This document shows, one piece after another, positions 48,893 to 61,898 of a stretch of DNA of 64,000 nucleotides. The DNA comes from Squalus acanthias. Its lineage: Eukaryota. The number at the start of each line of letters is the position of its first letter. Within the stretch, counting starts at the first letter, position 1. The position numbers were made by a program, and so were the translations under genes. The stretch spans positions 86,430,001 to 86,494,000 of the forward strand of contig CM059432.1 in assembly GCA_030390025.1 (NCBI GenBank). Direction: 5' to 3'. Under the pieces are notes generated by a model. That model did no database searches and was not told the origin of the DNA. It was given only the letters and a program-made list of their open reading frames with translations.

Positions 48893-51870
48893 AAAATTCT
48901 AGAAAATCTCTTTTTCAAAGAATTTGGAGATTTCTTTTTTGCAACTACACACAGTTGATGGAAAGAAAATTCTATTGCACTGTCAGACTTGCTACAGTTG
49001 GCAGTATATGCAATAAAGAGGGTAGAAGAGCATGCCAGGAGCAGCACCAGGCGTACCTAAAAATGAGGTGCCAACCTGGGGAAGCTGCAACACAGGATTA
49101 CATGCATACTAAAAAGCGGAAGCAGCATGCTATAGACAGGGCTAAGCGATCCCACAATCAACGGATCAGATCAAAGCTCTGCAGTCCTGCCACATCCAGT
49201 CGTGAATGGTGGTGGACCATTAAACAACTAACGGGAGGAGGAGGCTTCATGAATATCCCCATCCTCAATGATGGCAGAGCCCAGCACGTGAGTGCAAAAG
49301 ACAAGGCAGCCATCTTCAGCCAGGAGTACTGAGTGGATGATCCATATCAGCTTACTCCTGAGGTCCCCACCATCACAGAAGCCAGTCTTCAGCCAATTCG
49401 ATTCACTCCACGTGATATCAAGAAACGGCTGAGCACACTGGATACAGCAAAGGCTATGGGCCCCGACAACATCCCAGCTATCGTGCTGAAGACTTGTGCT
49501 CCAGAACAAGCCTCTAGCCAAGCTGTTCCAGTACAGCTACAACACTGGCATCTATCCGACAATGTGGAAAACTGCCCAGGTATGTCCTAGCCACAAAAAG
49601 CAGGACAAATCCAATCCAGCCAATTACTGCCCCATCAGTCTACTCTCAATCATCAGCAAAGTGATGGATGGTGTCATCAACAGTGCTATCAAGCGGCACT
49701 TACTCACCAATAACCTGCTCACTGATGCCCAGTTTGGGTTTTGCCAAGACCACTCGGCTCCCGACCTCATTACAGCCTTGGTCCAAACATGGACAAAGGA
49801 GCTGAATTCCAGAGGTGAGGTGAGAGTGACTGCCCTTGACATCAAGGCAGCATTTGACCGAGTGTTGCATTAAGGAGCCCAAGTAAAACTGAAGTCAATT
49901 GGAATCGGGGGGAAAACTCTCCACTGGCTGGAGTCATACCTAGCACAAAGGAAGATGGTTGTGGTGATTGAAGGTCAATCATCACAGCCCCAGGACATCG
50001 CTGCAGGAGTTCCTCAGGGCAGTGTCCTAGGCCCAACCATCTTCAGCTGCTTCACCAATGACCTTCCCTCCAACATAAGGTCAGAAATGGGGATGTTCGC
50101 TGATGACTGCACAGCGCCATTCACAACTCCTCAGATAATGAAGCAGTCCATGCCCGGATGCAACAAGACCTGGACGACGTTCAGGCTTGGGCTGATAAGT
50201 GGCAGGTAACATTCGCGCCACAGAAGTGCCAGGCAAAGACTATATCCAACAAGCGAGAGTCTAACCACCGCCCCTTGACATTCAATGGCATTACCATCGC
50301 CGAATCCCCCACCATCAACATCCTGGGGGTCACCATTGACCAGAAACTTAACTGGACCAACCACATAAATACTGTGGCAACAAGTGCAGGTGAGAGGCTA
50401 GGTATTCTGCGGCGAGTGTCTCACCTCCTGACTCCCCAAAGCCTTTCCACCATCTACAAGGCACAAGTAAGGAGTGTGATGGAATACTCCCCACTTGCCT
50501 GGATGAGTGCAGGTCCAACAACACTCAAGAAGCTCGATACCATCCAGGACAAAGCAGCCCGCTTGATTGCCATCCCATCCACCACCTTAAACATTCACTC
50601 CCTCCACCACCGGCGTACCGTGGCTGCAGTGTGTACCATCTACAAGATGCACTGCAGCAACTCGCCAAGGCTTCTTCGGCAGCACCTCCCAAACCCGCGA
50701 CCTCTTCCACCTAGAAGGACAAGAGCAGCAGGCGCATGGGAACACCACCACCTCCAGGTTCCCCTCCAAGTCACACACCATCCTGACTTAGAAGTATATC
50801 GCCGATCCTTCATCGTCGCTGGGTCAAAATCCTGGAACTCCCTCCCTAACAGCACTGTGGGAGTACCTTCACCACGCAGACTGCAGCGGTTCAAGAAGGC
50901 GGCTCACCACCACCTTCTCAAGGGCAATTAGGGATGGGCAATAAATGCTGGCCTTGCCAGCGACGCCCACATCCTATAAACAAATTTTTTAAAAAGCGTC
51001 ATTTTTGTGCCAAAATTCAAGCCACAAAAGAGAAACTGCAATGTAAATCTGATGGACAGAGAGCGAAGCAAAAAGCAAATAAAATGGAAGTCTTAGCAAC
51101 AGTGAATCTCCTGTAAATAAAAATAAAAAATATAGGTTGGAAAAAATTCATTCAATCCATCAAGTCCATTCTGAACAGGTATATATATATTCTATCATGA
51201 ACTTCCATGCTAAACGACCTGTTCATCCCCTACTTTAGGAACACATGTTCCCTTCCCCAACATCAAAAGAAAATTAAGCAGTGCTGTTAAATATCTATAT
51301 AATCCTAAACCCAGCTCTCAACAGATATCAATCTAGCTCCTCTCCAAAGGTGCCAATTATCCACAAATCAACTACATTTTCTGGGAGTTTGTTCCACATA
51401 TCCACGATCCTGTGAGGAAAATAAGATTTTCTAGTCTCTAAACCTTGCTCAAGGCTTCTAAATATTGTACATTTGTCCTCTCATCCTATGCTTGTTGTCC
51501 AAGATAAATAGTTTGTCTACTACATTATCTATACCTTGCATCCTTTTGAAGACGTAAATCATGTACCCCCATTAGATTTTTCTCCATTAAAAATAATTTT
51601 AGTTGCCTAAATAAACTGCACAGTGCTCTGGTCAGATTTTGTATAGGCTACTGCTCTGGACTTCCATTTTATTTGCTTTTTGCATCACTCTCTGTCCATC
51701 AGATTTAAATTGCAGTTTCTCTTTTGTACATTGATTTTGGCACAAAAATTACGCATATGCTGCCAACTGTAGCAAGTCTGACAGTGCAACAGAATTTTCT
51801 TTCCAGCAACTGTGAGTAGTTGCAAAAAAGAAATCTGCAAATTCTTTGAAAAAAGATTTACCAGAATTTT
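48893..51870. repeat. Long inverted repeat: left arm 48893-49011 + 50996-51092 (split by the LINE), right arm 51659-51870
   Basis: TTGCACTGTCAGACTTGCTACAGTTGGCAG and AAATCTGATGGACAGAGAG both recur in reverse complement; arms colinear over ~210 bp. Confidence 0.9.
49012..50995 (+). mobile_element. 5'-truncated non-LTR retrotransposon distinct from the CR1 and L2 copies here (possibly RTE-X-like)
   Basis: [64 protein letters not shown]; short 3'UTR with AATAAA. Clade assignment is tentative. Confidence 0.9.
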
Positions 51871-54857
51871 AGAAAAGAAAACACTGGTGAAAATTAAAGA
51901 TCTATCTTCTAAATAATAATTTTCCAAAAATGTGCTTGGTAATCCTGTCTCAATATGTCTTATTTAACCAACCGGCACCTGGTCTTCTAACAGACCTGGC
52001 TGCACTATTCTTCTCTGTGAGATACTTTTCCAAAGCATTAAATGTCTTTTCAATTGAATCCAGATGTCAGGAGCTGAAAGAACTGTTCTCAGAAAAGGGA
52101 ACTAACATAAATCTTGCAGCTGACAGAGATCCCACTGTGCTCATTTGGGGAAGCACTTGCAAGAAGTGCTAGGGCCAAGATACCTGATGGGCACAAAGAC
52201 AGATGTGCACGTCCAAATTCCCTTAAGACTGAGTGTCTTCAGACAAGTTACAAAACAATTGTTAGTTAGAGATTGGTGACTTCCAATTGTATTATGTAAT
52301 AGAGACTGGAAGTAAGCTTTTGTTCTAGGTGTCTGTTTTCGAATAAATCTAAAGTAGTTCATGTTTTCAAATGCCATAAGCTAAACAGCATTTTAACTTA
52401 ATTTTGAGTTCTTATTTGACCAAAGTAGGAAGGTCATAGAGATGTACTTGCCCATTAATTCAAAATAAAGGTAACAGTAACATCATGGGTCCTGAATAAT
52501 TGTTTTCCAACTTAAGATCTTCAGCAATATAACACCTATAGGTGTACATATGGAACATACTGCATAGTACAAACATTGTACAGATTGTGAAACTTAATTG
52601 TAAAAGCAACTGTTAATTATGCTGCAGTAAATTACTGCTTAAACAACTGCCTAAATCTTGCCAAGTACTTCAGATTTTTACAAGAATTTTGGACCTAATA
52701 TTTACTTCAAGGTGCTTTTCATGATGCAACCACTAAAGAAACTGAATTAATTTTCCATCCTCTCCTTTCCTTCTCCCCTCTAAAAGGCCCCTGTTATGAC
52801 TGCCTCCTAATCCAGGGATCATCTGACTTGAGTTACAGAAAAACGACTATCTTTGTTTGCAAGGCTGTCGTGAAAAACAACAAATGGATTAGTCTTACTA
52901 TAAAAAGTAGTTAGTAATGAGGCATTTTATTCTTCAGTGGACCTTACTAAATAATAGATCAAACAGATTTTCTGCATTCTCAATTTCCCATTTTTGTATT
53001 CAAATACTTTTTTCTTTACTGACTACTTATGCCTTTCCTATTATTATTATACTTTTAATCTTTACTACCAGATTTCTTATTTATATATTAAACTTCTTTG
53101 TGTACCAAACTGTTCTCCCAACACCCTCCCACCCCCTCCTCTCCCCAGCCACTAAAGGATGTTACATAGATCAGCTTCATTCTGTTTTATGGCACATAAT
53201 TGAAAGAGATTTGAGGATTAAACAATATGGGACAGGGCACTCCAATGTGCCATGGAGTAATAGGAAATGGGTTTGTCTCGTAGTGATTGGTTTCTGATCT
53301 CAGCTGTGCCACCAAAAAGGGGTTGCCAAACATTCAGAACAATTTTAGAACAAATCACCTCAAGCTTCTGAGAGCTGGAGTTACTGTAAGATTTAGCCCC
53401 TTGCCAAAAAAGGCAAAATATCAATCTTAGTAAACATCCATTCTTTAGCTAAAATAATTATTTCAAAATGTTATTTCATGGACTACAAAGCAGTATATAA
53501 TATTTGCAAACTGCACCATCCAGGAACAGCTTTGCTACACTAGGATGAAAAAATTATCCTAGATTTTCCACCTATTGACAGAAACTTGTTCCATTTTCCA
53601 TGCTTGATGAGAGATTTGAGCATTAGACAATAGGGGACAAAGGAACTCCGACATACCATGCCATGGAGTAATAGGAAATGGGCTCATCCCTGTGATTCCC
53701 TACATGGCCATTTCCTTAAAATTCAACTCAATGCTATTTTTAGCATTGCTATCTCAAACAGCAAGTATTGCCACACAATCCTATTTCCCACATTACGGGC
53801 TTGTTCCCAGCAATGACTGTAAAGTTTACTTATTACATGCTCAGCCTCAGGAGATTCAGAATTTCTTTGAGCACACTATGGAAACTGACTTGTACAAACG
53901 ACTGATTGGATGGTCAGTCTTTAGACATTTTCTGATTTTTTAACAAAAGGTAGAACTGAAGGTCTGAAATGTGTAGTTCTGAATATTAAATTTGTAATAT
54001 TTTTGTCAGGAAACAAACAAGAGTATAATAACTGGGAATTGAATTTGGATGTGACTGTCATTTAAAAAAAATAGTAGCATGCAAAATATAATTCTCTCCA
54101 TAAATGCAATAATTCTGGTTGACAGATGAATGGCTACTTTCTGTTACTGGAGTCAAAACACCAAAGGTAGTGAGCCCTACCACATTTTAGAAATTAATGA
54201 TGTCAGGATTGTTGGTTTGGAGTGAGGAACAATGTCCAAGTCTAATCTCTCCAGCAGTATAATGCTGCCTGTGTATGATACCAGCTAGTGCAGAGGTCAG
54301 TATCTATCAAGTGTTATAATAGAAGATGCATGTGTTTACCTGGTAATTGGGGGAATGTCTCAATACACCAGGCTGAGGATCCAAATTTATATTTGACTGC
54401 AAATATCTTGACTTTGAACTAATCGTAACCACGATAATATACAAACTGTCATTCCCATTAGTAAGAACAGTATTTTTTGTTGTATATATATTATGAAGGA
54501 ACATGTCAAAGTGGATAAGCAAGTCTACTGACAGACTTTTCATAGCAAGTAACTGAAATTACTAAGTGAAATTAAAATCACTAGAAACTGAAACTGAAAC
54601 AATTCTGTTTCTCACATCAAATGGATCAGATTTTCGATCAGTTCACGCCTAATAATACTAATTCACATCAATCAGAGCTCTTTATTTAACTGGTATGAAC
54701 AGAAAATGTACATTAATGACCATGAGAATGTAAGAAACAAAATTTCAACTTTGTACTTTCAGTTAAAGTACACCTAAATAGATATGCACAAATGTTCCAC
54801 TAAAATCTGTGAATTACATTGGTCAACTGCATCTTGGTTAGAATCAAGTACCAGGAT

Positions 54858-54902
54858 TTAGACAACCATATCAAATTTGCATAAACCGTTATACTGGTTA
54901 AC
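54858..54902 (-). CDS. Candidate terminal exon (VNQYNGLCKFDMVV*) of an unidentified nested unit or alternative STAU2 3' end
   Basis: Acceptor TTTTCTCACCTTACCCATAG|G, phase 0; AATAAA on - at 54681-54686. Confidence 0.35.
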   Translation of the reverse strand, partial: VNQYNGLCKFDMVV

Positions 54903-55489
54903 CTATGGGTAAGGTGAGAAAACAATTGCTCAAATTTCAGATCATTAAAATGTTTAACTAATTCAAATTGATTTATTGGCACAAATTTACATTTGATAAG
55001 ATTAACTAAAAAGTTGAATGTCGAAATACAACAAAAACTGCAACTTCAGTTCTGCACTTATGTAGGAGTCAACCTTCATAACTTCATCTAAAACCACATG
55101 AAAATGGAGGTCATATCTTGAGAATTGGGGCTGTGAAGCTCCAAAGTTTACAAGCGTAACCATCAGACTGCACCTATTACTCAGTAAATGCCAGGAGCAT
55201 GCTCTGGGAACAAACCCAATTTTATTTTTTAAATGATGGACTGCTCGAATACCACAGCTTTTATGGGTGGTGGAGAGAGAATATTTCAGTTATCAGTCCC
55301 TGACTGGTACATTTCAAATCTGAGCAATCTCCTTTAAAAAAAACTGTCACCTAACAGATGCTTTTCTCAACCCACTGACACGTTAAAACTTTTTTTCTCT
55401 TCAGAAATACAGTACTAAATTTTTATACATTAATTCTGTAACAAAATGAAACTGTTATAATATCATTTCAATTTTGTTTTAGTTTTCTA

Positions 55490-55652
55490 CCGTCTCCTGA
55501 ATGTGTTAATTCATTGCTGAGGTATGGTTCCACAGGTACCAGGTACCCAGTAGCTTTCCCAAGTGGCCATTATTTATGTGTGAGCCTTGACAGTGAGTGT
55601 CAACAGGCTATTTGACTGTGGGGGAGGGGTGCATCACAGCCATGCCTGAACC
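55490..55652 (-). mobile_element. AmnSINE2-like SINE 3' part
   Basis: On -: GGCTGTGATGC...AATAGCCTGTTGACACTCACTGTCAAGGCTCACACATAAATAATGGCCACTTGGG. Confidence 0.7.
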
Positions 55653-56347
55653 TCCAGAATTCATAAAAACAAAGCCTGTCGGCAGCTGTTTTCCAGTACA
55701 AAAAGTGGCCGGCCACCAACATAACAAATCTAATTCTACTGATAACTAACCTTTTCAGAAAAGATCTGGAGAGATTTCACTTAAAGGCACCACTATAAAC
55801 CATTGCATTTCATCATACTCCACTGACATTTTGCTGCAAGACTATACCACAACAGGACATCGGATGCAGTTCCTCAATAGTACACATTGTTGTGATGCTT
55901 TTAGTAATTCCAGTACAAATACTGTGCATGTATGCTCTACAAACTCATCGCAAATGTGATACTGACATGCCTCGTGGTCTTGAATCACAAATCTCAGAGA
56001 ACAATGTGCCTAGTTATGTGTAAAGTGTGGAATGAAATAATCAGAAAAACTCTAAATATAACCTCATCTACTTCAGTAAATACAGCAATGGGTATTAACG
56101 CACAACAAAATTAACCACTGGTAAATATTCCCTGCATTTGATCAAAAAAGCTCAAGTTGAGAAGTAATATAATTAAAATGACCATTTCAAGCAATTCCTT
56201 TAAAATTAAAGTCCCAATATTCTGTAATCTTTAGCAAAAAAAGATTTTTTTGTTGGCAACTGCATGTGCAAGATTTGCATATATGCAGTTGATCAGAAAT
56301 CATAAACATGACATAAATTCAACTATACAAACGTTTATTTTATTTAC

Positions 56348-56567
56348 CTGTGTTTGATATATTGGGCTACCATTTGAGACTTGGTCACTCTGATGGGTGT
56401 CCATACAGGACAGGAATGGCAAAAGTTTGTTGCTGATCTTTACTGGTGGGTTGACAGCACAGCTGCTCAAGGCTAGACCTAACATGGCGGTCCGAATGCA
56501 GGCATTTCTGGTAACAGCTGCTACATTCCACCAGCATCCAACGTTCTGAGTCACCCAGATTTCAATT
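56348..56567 (-). CDS. Candidate 220-nt exon of unidentified nested unit
   Basis: CCATTAG|...CAG|GTAAAT, with only one open frame (IEIWVTQNVGCWW...PIYQTQ); ends phase 0. Confidence 0.35.
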
Positions 56568-57214
56568 CTAATGGAGGATCACACCCAAAACAATAATGTG
56601 CTTTTCTCTTTCAGATAATGATTAACCTACTATGCATCTCCAATGTTCACAATTCTCCTCTTATGTTCACTGGAGTGAGGGGAAATCATACATAAACAGC
56701 AATGAGATGAATAACCAGTTAATCTGTTTGTAGAGCTGGCAGATTCCTGGTAGCATCTCCCTTGCCTAGCTTCTTAGCCAGGAACTGTATATGATATAGG
56801 GTGACCAAAGCAGGGAAGGAGAAGAAGCAAAATACCTTAAAAAATGTTTAATTTTTTTTTAAACTTATTTTAATGACAATGAAGTGGAGTAACTGAAATG
56901 AAAAGGAAAGTACACAAAACAAATACATCTTCTGAGCATCATATATTAGAATTATTTACCTGAAAAATTTCAATTAAAAACATCAGCCATGGTTTACACA
57001 TGTTGAAAAATCTTTACAGTATATATATTATTGATAAAAATTAACATCCTTTGTTGCGACAATAAGAAAGCATTCTTAATCATTGTGCTTTTTAGCAGAC
57101 ATTAAAATTAGGGGTTAAAGTTTAATATTAATGAACATCTTTTCTCATAGATTGCCATTTGAGCTCTTGTGGAACCAGAGCAAAATACAATATGCATTCA
57201 TGGGCTTGTCTAAA

Positions 57215-57723
57215 GTTTTATTAGATTTAACCTGTCCGGCTGGGTTTCCCAGGCCTCGGGAAACCCGGAAGCTAAAGGGAAGCGAGGGCTGCTTCCTAGA
57301 AAAGGTAAGTGCCTTTACACCACTGCTTGTAGGGCAGGAGGAGCAGGAGGGCTTCCTCCCGGCCCATCAAGCTTACTTTCTTCCCTGCCCATCATCAGAC
57401 CCCCTGGATCGGGAATCAGACCCTCCCCCCCTCCCCAGGATCAGTGATCGGACCCTCCCCGCATCGGGGATCCTACCCATCCCCACCCCCAGTGATTGGA
57501 CCCCCCCCCCCCCACAAACCCGGCAGCAGGCTGCCTAACCTGCTCCTGGGGCTGACGCCCGATCGGGAGCCAAGCCTGTCAATCAGACTGGCTTCAAAGC
57601 GGGGAACCTGCTAGAAAAAAAGACACACGCTGTGGAGTTAAAACTCCACAGCATGCGGGGAAACCCGGACTCAAACAAAACTTATCCTCCGCTCACGGAA
57701 CTTACCCCACTCAATATCGGGGC
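57215..57723. mobile_element. Putative GC-rich MITE
   Basis: GC-rich island with repeated GGGAAACCCGG / GGGTTTCCC motifs near both ends and internal GATC-CCCC repeats. Confidence 0.5.
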
Positions 57724-57724
57724 A

Positions 57725-58052
57725 GCCGTGTCTTCTTGGCTCAGTGATAGTAATCCCATACCTAGTCAAAAGATTGTGTGATCAAGCACCATTCCAGGTA
57801 CTTCAGCACAAAATCTAGGCTAACACTTCAGTGCAGTAGTGAGGGAGTACTGTATTGTTGAAGTGCAGTCTTTCATATGAGACATGAACCCAAGGTCAAG
57901 TGGATGTAAAATATCCCATGGCTCTATTTGAAGAAAAATAGGGGATGCTGGCTGGGGGCCCCGGAGAAGGTGAGGATACTCCTGATGTTCTGGCCAACAT
58001 TTAACCCTCAACCAACACCACCAAAATCACATGAACTGGTTACTTACCTCAC
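57725..58052 (+). mobile_element. SacSINE1-like SINE (head and Deu domain)
   Basis: TGGCTCAGTG A-box, TCTAGGCTAACACTTCAGTGCAG, ATCCCATGGC, TGGCCAACAT. Confidence 0.8.
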
Positions 58053-60800
58053 TGAGGTTCTGCTGAGATAGTTTGAGGAGCTAGGGTCCAATTTAAAACG
58101 AAGAACCTCAAAGGTAATAATCTCTGGATTGTTACATGAGCCACACGCAAATTAGCATAGGGACAAACAGATTAGAAGGTTAAATGTGTGGCTGAAAGAG
58201 TGGTGTGGGAGGCAAGGATTTCGATTCATGGGGCACTGGCACCAGTACTGGGGAAAGAGGGAGCTGTTCCGTTGGGACGGGCTCCAATTAGAGCGGGCTG
58301 GGACCAGTGTCCTGGCAAATCAAATAACTAGGGTGGTAGATAGGGCTTTAAACTAATGAAGGGAGTTTGGGAGGATTTAGGAAAGGGTAAATTCAAAAGC
58401 AGTAAGAAAAAAAGTCACGGTTGTAGAGCAGAGTAGCGATTTGAGTAAAAATAAGCACAGTGGGTCAGGAAGGGACAGAAAGCTTAACAAAGTTAATAGG
58501 ACATTAGTGACTAAGGTGACATCAAAAAAAATAGAAAAATGTTAAAGCTAAAGCTATATCTAAATGTACAAAGCATTCGTAACAAAATACAGTAGATGAA
58601 TTAATAGCACAGATAGAAATAAATGGGTTTGATCTAATAGCCATTACGGAGACGTAGTTGCAGCATGACCAAGGTTGGGAACTAAATATTCCAGGATACT
58701 TGACTTTTAGAAGAGATAGGCAAAACTGAAAAGGAGTGGTGTAGCCCTGATAACAAAAGATGGGATAAAGACAGTAGAGAGAAAGGATCTTAGCTCAGAA
58801 AAAATCAAGATGTAGAATCAGTTTGGGTGGAGCTAAGAAACAACAAGGGGCAGAAAACACTGGTGGAAGTAGTTTATAGGTCCCCTAACAGTAGTTGTAG
58901 TGTCGGGCAGAGTATAAATCAGGAAATTAGAGGTGCATGTAACAAGGGTAATATAGTAATCATGAGGGATTTTAATCTACATATAGACTGGCAAATCAAA
59001 TTTGCAGTAATAGTGAGGAGGACAAGTTCATGACATGCATTCAAGATAGTTTTCTAGAGTATGTTGAGGAACTAACTAGGGAACAGGCTATTTCAGATCT
59101 AGTATTGTGTAATGAGACAGGGTTAATTAATAACCTTATAGTAAAGGAGCCTCTGGGGAAGAGTGATCATAATATGATAGAATTTTATACCGAGTTTGAG
59201 AGTGATTTGGTTAAGTCTGAAACTATGGTCTTAAATCTGAACAAAGCCAATTACAGAGGTATGAGGGGTGAGTTGGCTGAGGTAGATTGGGAATTTAGAT
59301 TAAAAGATATGACAGTAGTTAAGCAATGGCGAACATTTAAAGAAATAATTTATAATTCACAACAAATATACAGTCCTTTAAGGAATAAAAACCCCATGGG
59401 AAAAGTGGTCCAATTGTGGCTAACAAGAGAAGTTAAAGAGAGTATTAGATTAAAGGAGGAGGCTTATAATGTTGCCAAAAAGAGTAGCAAGAGTAGGGAG
59501 GTTTTTAGAATTCAACAAAGGAGGAACAATAAATTGATAAAGAAAGATAAAATAGAATATGAGAGTAAACTAGCAAGAGACATAAAAACAGATTGGAAAA
59601 GCTTCTATATGTATATAAAAAGGAAGAGATTAGCAAAAGTAAACGTGGGTCCCTTACAGGCAGAGACAGGAGAAATGGGGAATAAGGAAATGGCAGTGAC
59701 ATTAAACAAATATTTTGTATCCGTCTTCACAAACACAAAAAATCATTCTGAAATAGTGGGCAACCAAGGGTCTAGTGAGAATCAGGAACTTAAAGAAATT
59801 AGTATTGGTAAGGAAGTAGTATTGGAGAAATTAATGGGACTAAAAGCCGACAAACCTCCTTGACCTGATGGCCTACATCCTAGGATGTAAAAGAGGTGGC
59901 CACAGAGATAGTGGATGCATTGGTTTTGATCTTGTGAAGCTGTGAGGAGGACGCAAATAGCCTGAAAAGGGATATAGACAGGTTAAGTGAGTGGGCAAGA
60001 ATGTGGCAGATGGAATATTACGTGGAGAAATGTGAAGTTATCCACTTTGTAGGAAAAATAGAAAAGCAGAATATTTTTTGAAAGGTGAGAGACTAGGAAA
60101 TGTTGGTATTCAGAGGGACCTGGGTGTCCTTGTACACCAATCACAGAAAGTTAACATGCAGGTACAGCAAGCAATTAGGAAAGCAAATGGTATGTAAGCC
60201 TTTATTACAAAGGGATTGGAGTATAAGAGTAAAAAAATCTTACTGCAATTATATGGGGTTTTGGTGATACCACACCTGGAGTACTGTGTACAGTTTTGGT
60301 CTCCTTACCTAAGGAAGGATATACTTGCCTTAGAGGGACTGCAACAAAGGTTCACTGGACTATTGTAATCGCTCAACCATTGGTGGCTGTGCCTTCTGTT
60401 GCCTAGGCCCTAAGCTCTGGAATTCCCTGCCTAAACCTCTCCGCCTCTCTTTCCTCCTTTAAGACGCTCCTTAAAACCTACCTCTTTGACCAAGCTTTTG
60501 ATCATCTGCCCTAATAAGCACCTTGGGACGTTCTACTATGTTAAAGGTGCTATATAATACAAGTTGTTGTTGTTGTTGTTGACTGATTCCTGGGATGAGG
60601 GGATTGTCCTACAAGGAATGATTGAGTAGACTAGGCCTATATTCCCTAGAGTTTAGAAGAATTAGAGGTGATCTCATTGAAACATATAAAATTCTTAAGG
60701 GGCTTGACAGGGTAGATGCTGGGAGGATGTTTCCCCTGCTGAAAAGTGTATAACTAGGGATCACAGTCTCAGAAGGTTGTGAATCTTTGGAATTAGAATG
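58053..60800 (+). mobile_element. Degraded CR1 LINE (CR1-d) with RT core deleted near 59932
   Basis: Esterase end, APE and linker ORFs; jumps from VDALVLI to CEEDA; contains an L2 insert. Confidence 0.9.
60365..60580 (+). mobile_element. L2 3' end inserted into CR1-d
   Basis: Reverse complement of the 25427 and 42095 L2 ends with a (GTT)n tail; CR1 resumes TGATTCCTGGGATG. Confidence 0.9.
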
Positions 60801-60965
60801 TTCTTCTGAGGTTGCAGTCATTGGGGCACAGTATGGGGAACTTTATTGTCCATCTGGCCCATGACACTGGGTACCAGTTGTTGAATAAATGTTTTATTTC
60901 CAGTACTAATATCTCTCACCTTGGTGAGAAAGAAAAGAAAGAACTTGCATTCAATTAGTATCTTT

Positions 60966-61250
60966 CATTTAACTGTGGGAGCTATCACAGTTGAGCCCCA
61001 CCCTATATTCAGCTGACGTCTACACTTGCACGCATTCCAGCAGGGTCACTGTACAGCAATCAAGAAATGGAACCGTAGTGGATTTTTTTCTTCTTCTTAT
61101 GACCCTAAAACTGAGGCCACTTTTAATAATCCACTACCATCCTGGCTGAGATCATCTAATTTCATAAGAATCATGAATCAAACCTGATAGCTCCTTAATT
61201 TGTATGCTTCAGTACACAACACATGGTGCACTTACCCAGTGGACCATCGG
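60966..61250 (-). mobile_element. AmnSINE2-like SINE
   Basis: On -: GATCTCAGCCAGG...GGCCTCAG...CAGTGACCCTGCTGGAA...GACGTCAG...CTGTGAT. Confidence 0.65.
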
Positions 61251-61431
61251 AAGACACCAACAAATGTTAGTTTAAATTGTACTTCGAATTCTGATCTTCT
61301 AGTTGGAAGTTATCTATCAAGCTGTAATTTTATCTTTGAATTCTGAACAATGTATGATAAACCATGAACAAATTATTGATTCTCTCAGCATAAGTAGATT
61401 ATCGAAAGAGCATTGATTAAACATTCCATTC

Positions 61432-61898
61432 GGCCGTGGCTCAGTTGGTAGCACTCTCGCCTCTGAGTCTGACGATTGTGGGTTCAAGTCCCACTCCAGA
61501 GACTTGAGCACAGAAATCTAGGCTGACACTCCAGTGCAGTGCTGAGGGAGTGCTACACTGTCGGAGTTGTCGTCTTTCGGATGAAACGTTAAGCCGAGGC
61601 CCCGTCTGCTCTCTCAGGTAGACATAAAAGATCCCATGGCACTATTTCAAAGAAGAGCAGGGGAGTTATCCCCGGTGTCCTGGCCAATATTTATCCCTCA
61701 ATCAACATAACAAAAACAGATTATCTGGTCATTATCACATTGCTGTTTGTGGGAGCTTGCTGTGCGCAATGTGGCTGCCGTGTTTACGACATTATAACAG
61801 TGACTACACTTCAAAAGTACTTCATTGGCTATAAAGCACTTTGGGATGTCCTGAGGTCGTGAAAGGAACTATATAAATGCAAGTCTTTCTTTTTTTTT
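61432..61898 (+). mobile_element. Intact SacSINE1/DeuSINE-like SINE (tRNA head, Deu domain, L2-like tail)
   Basis: A box TGGCTCAGTTGG, B box GGTTCAAGTCC, Deu core TTTCGGATGAAACGTTAAGCCGAGG...AAAGATCCCATGGCACT, tail CTATATAAATGCAAGT shared with the L2 ends. Confidence 0.92.

Noticed and set aside
61432..61500. tRNA-like gene
   Set aside because: The A/B boxes continue into a SINE body present many times; this is a SINE head, not a tRNA.
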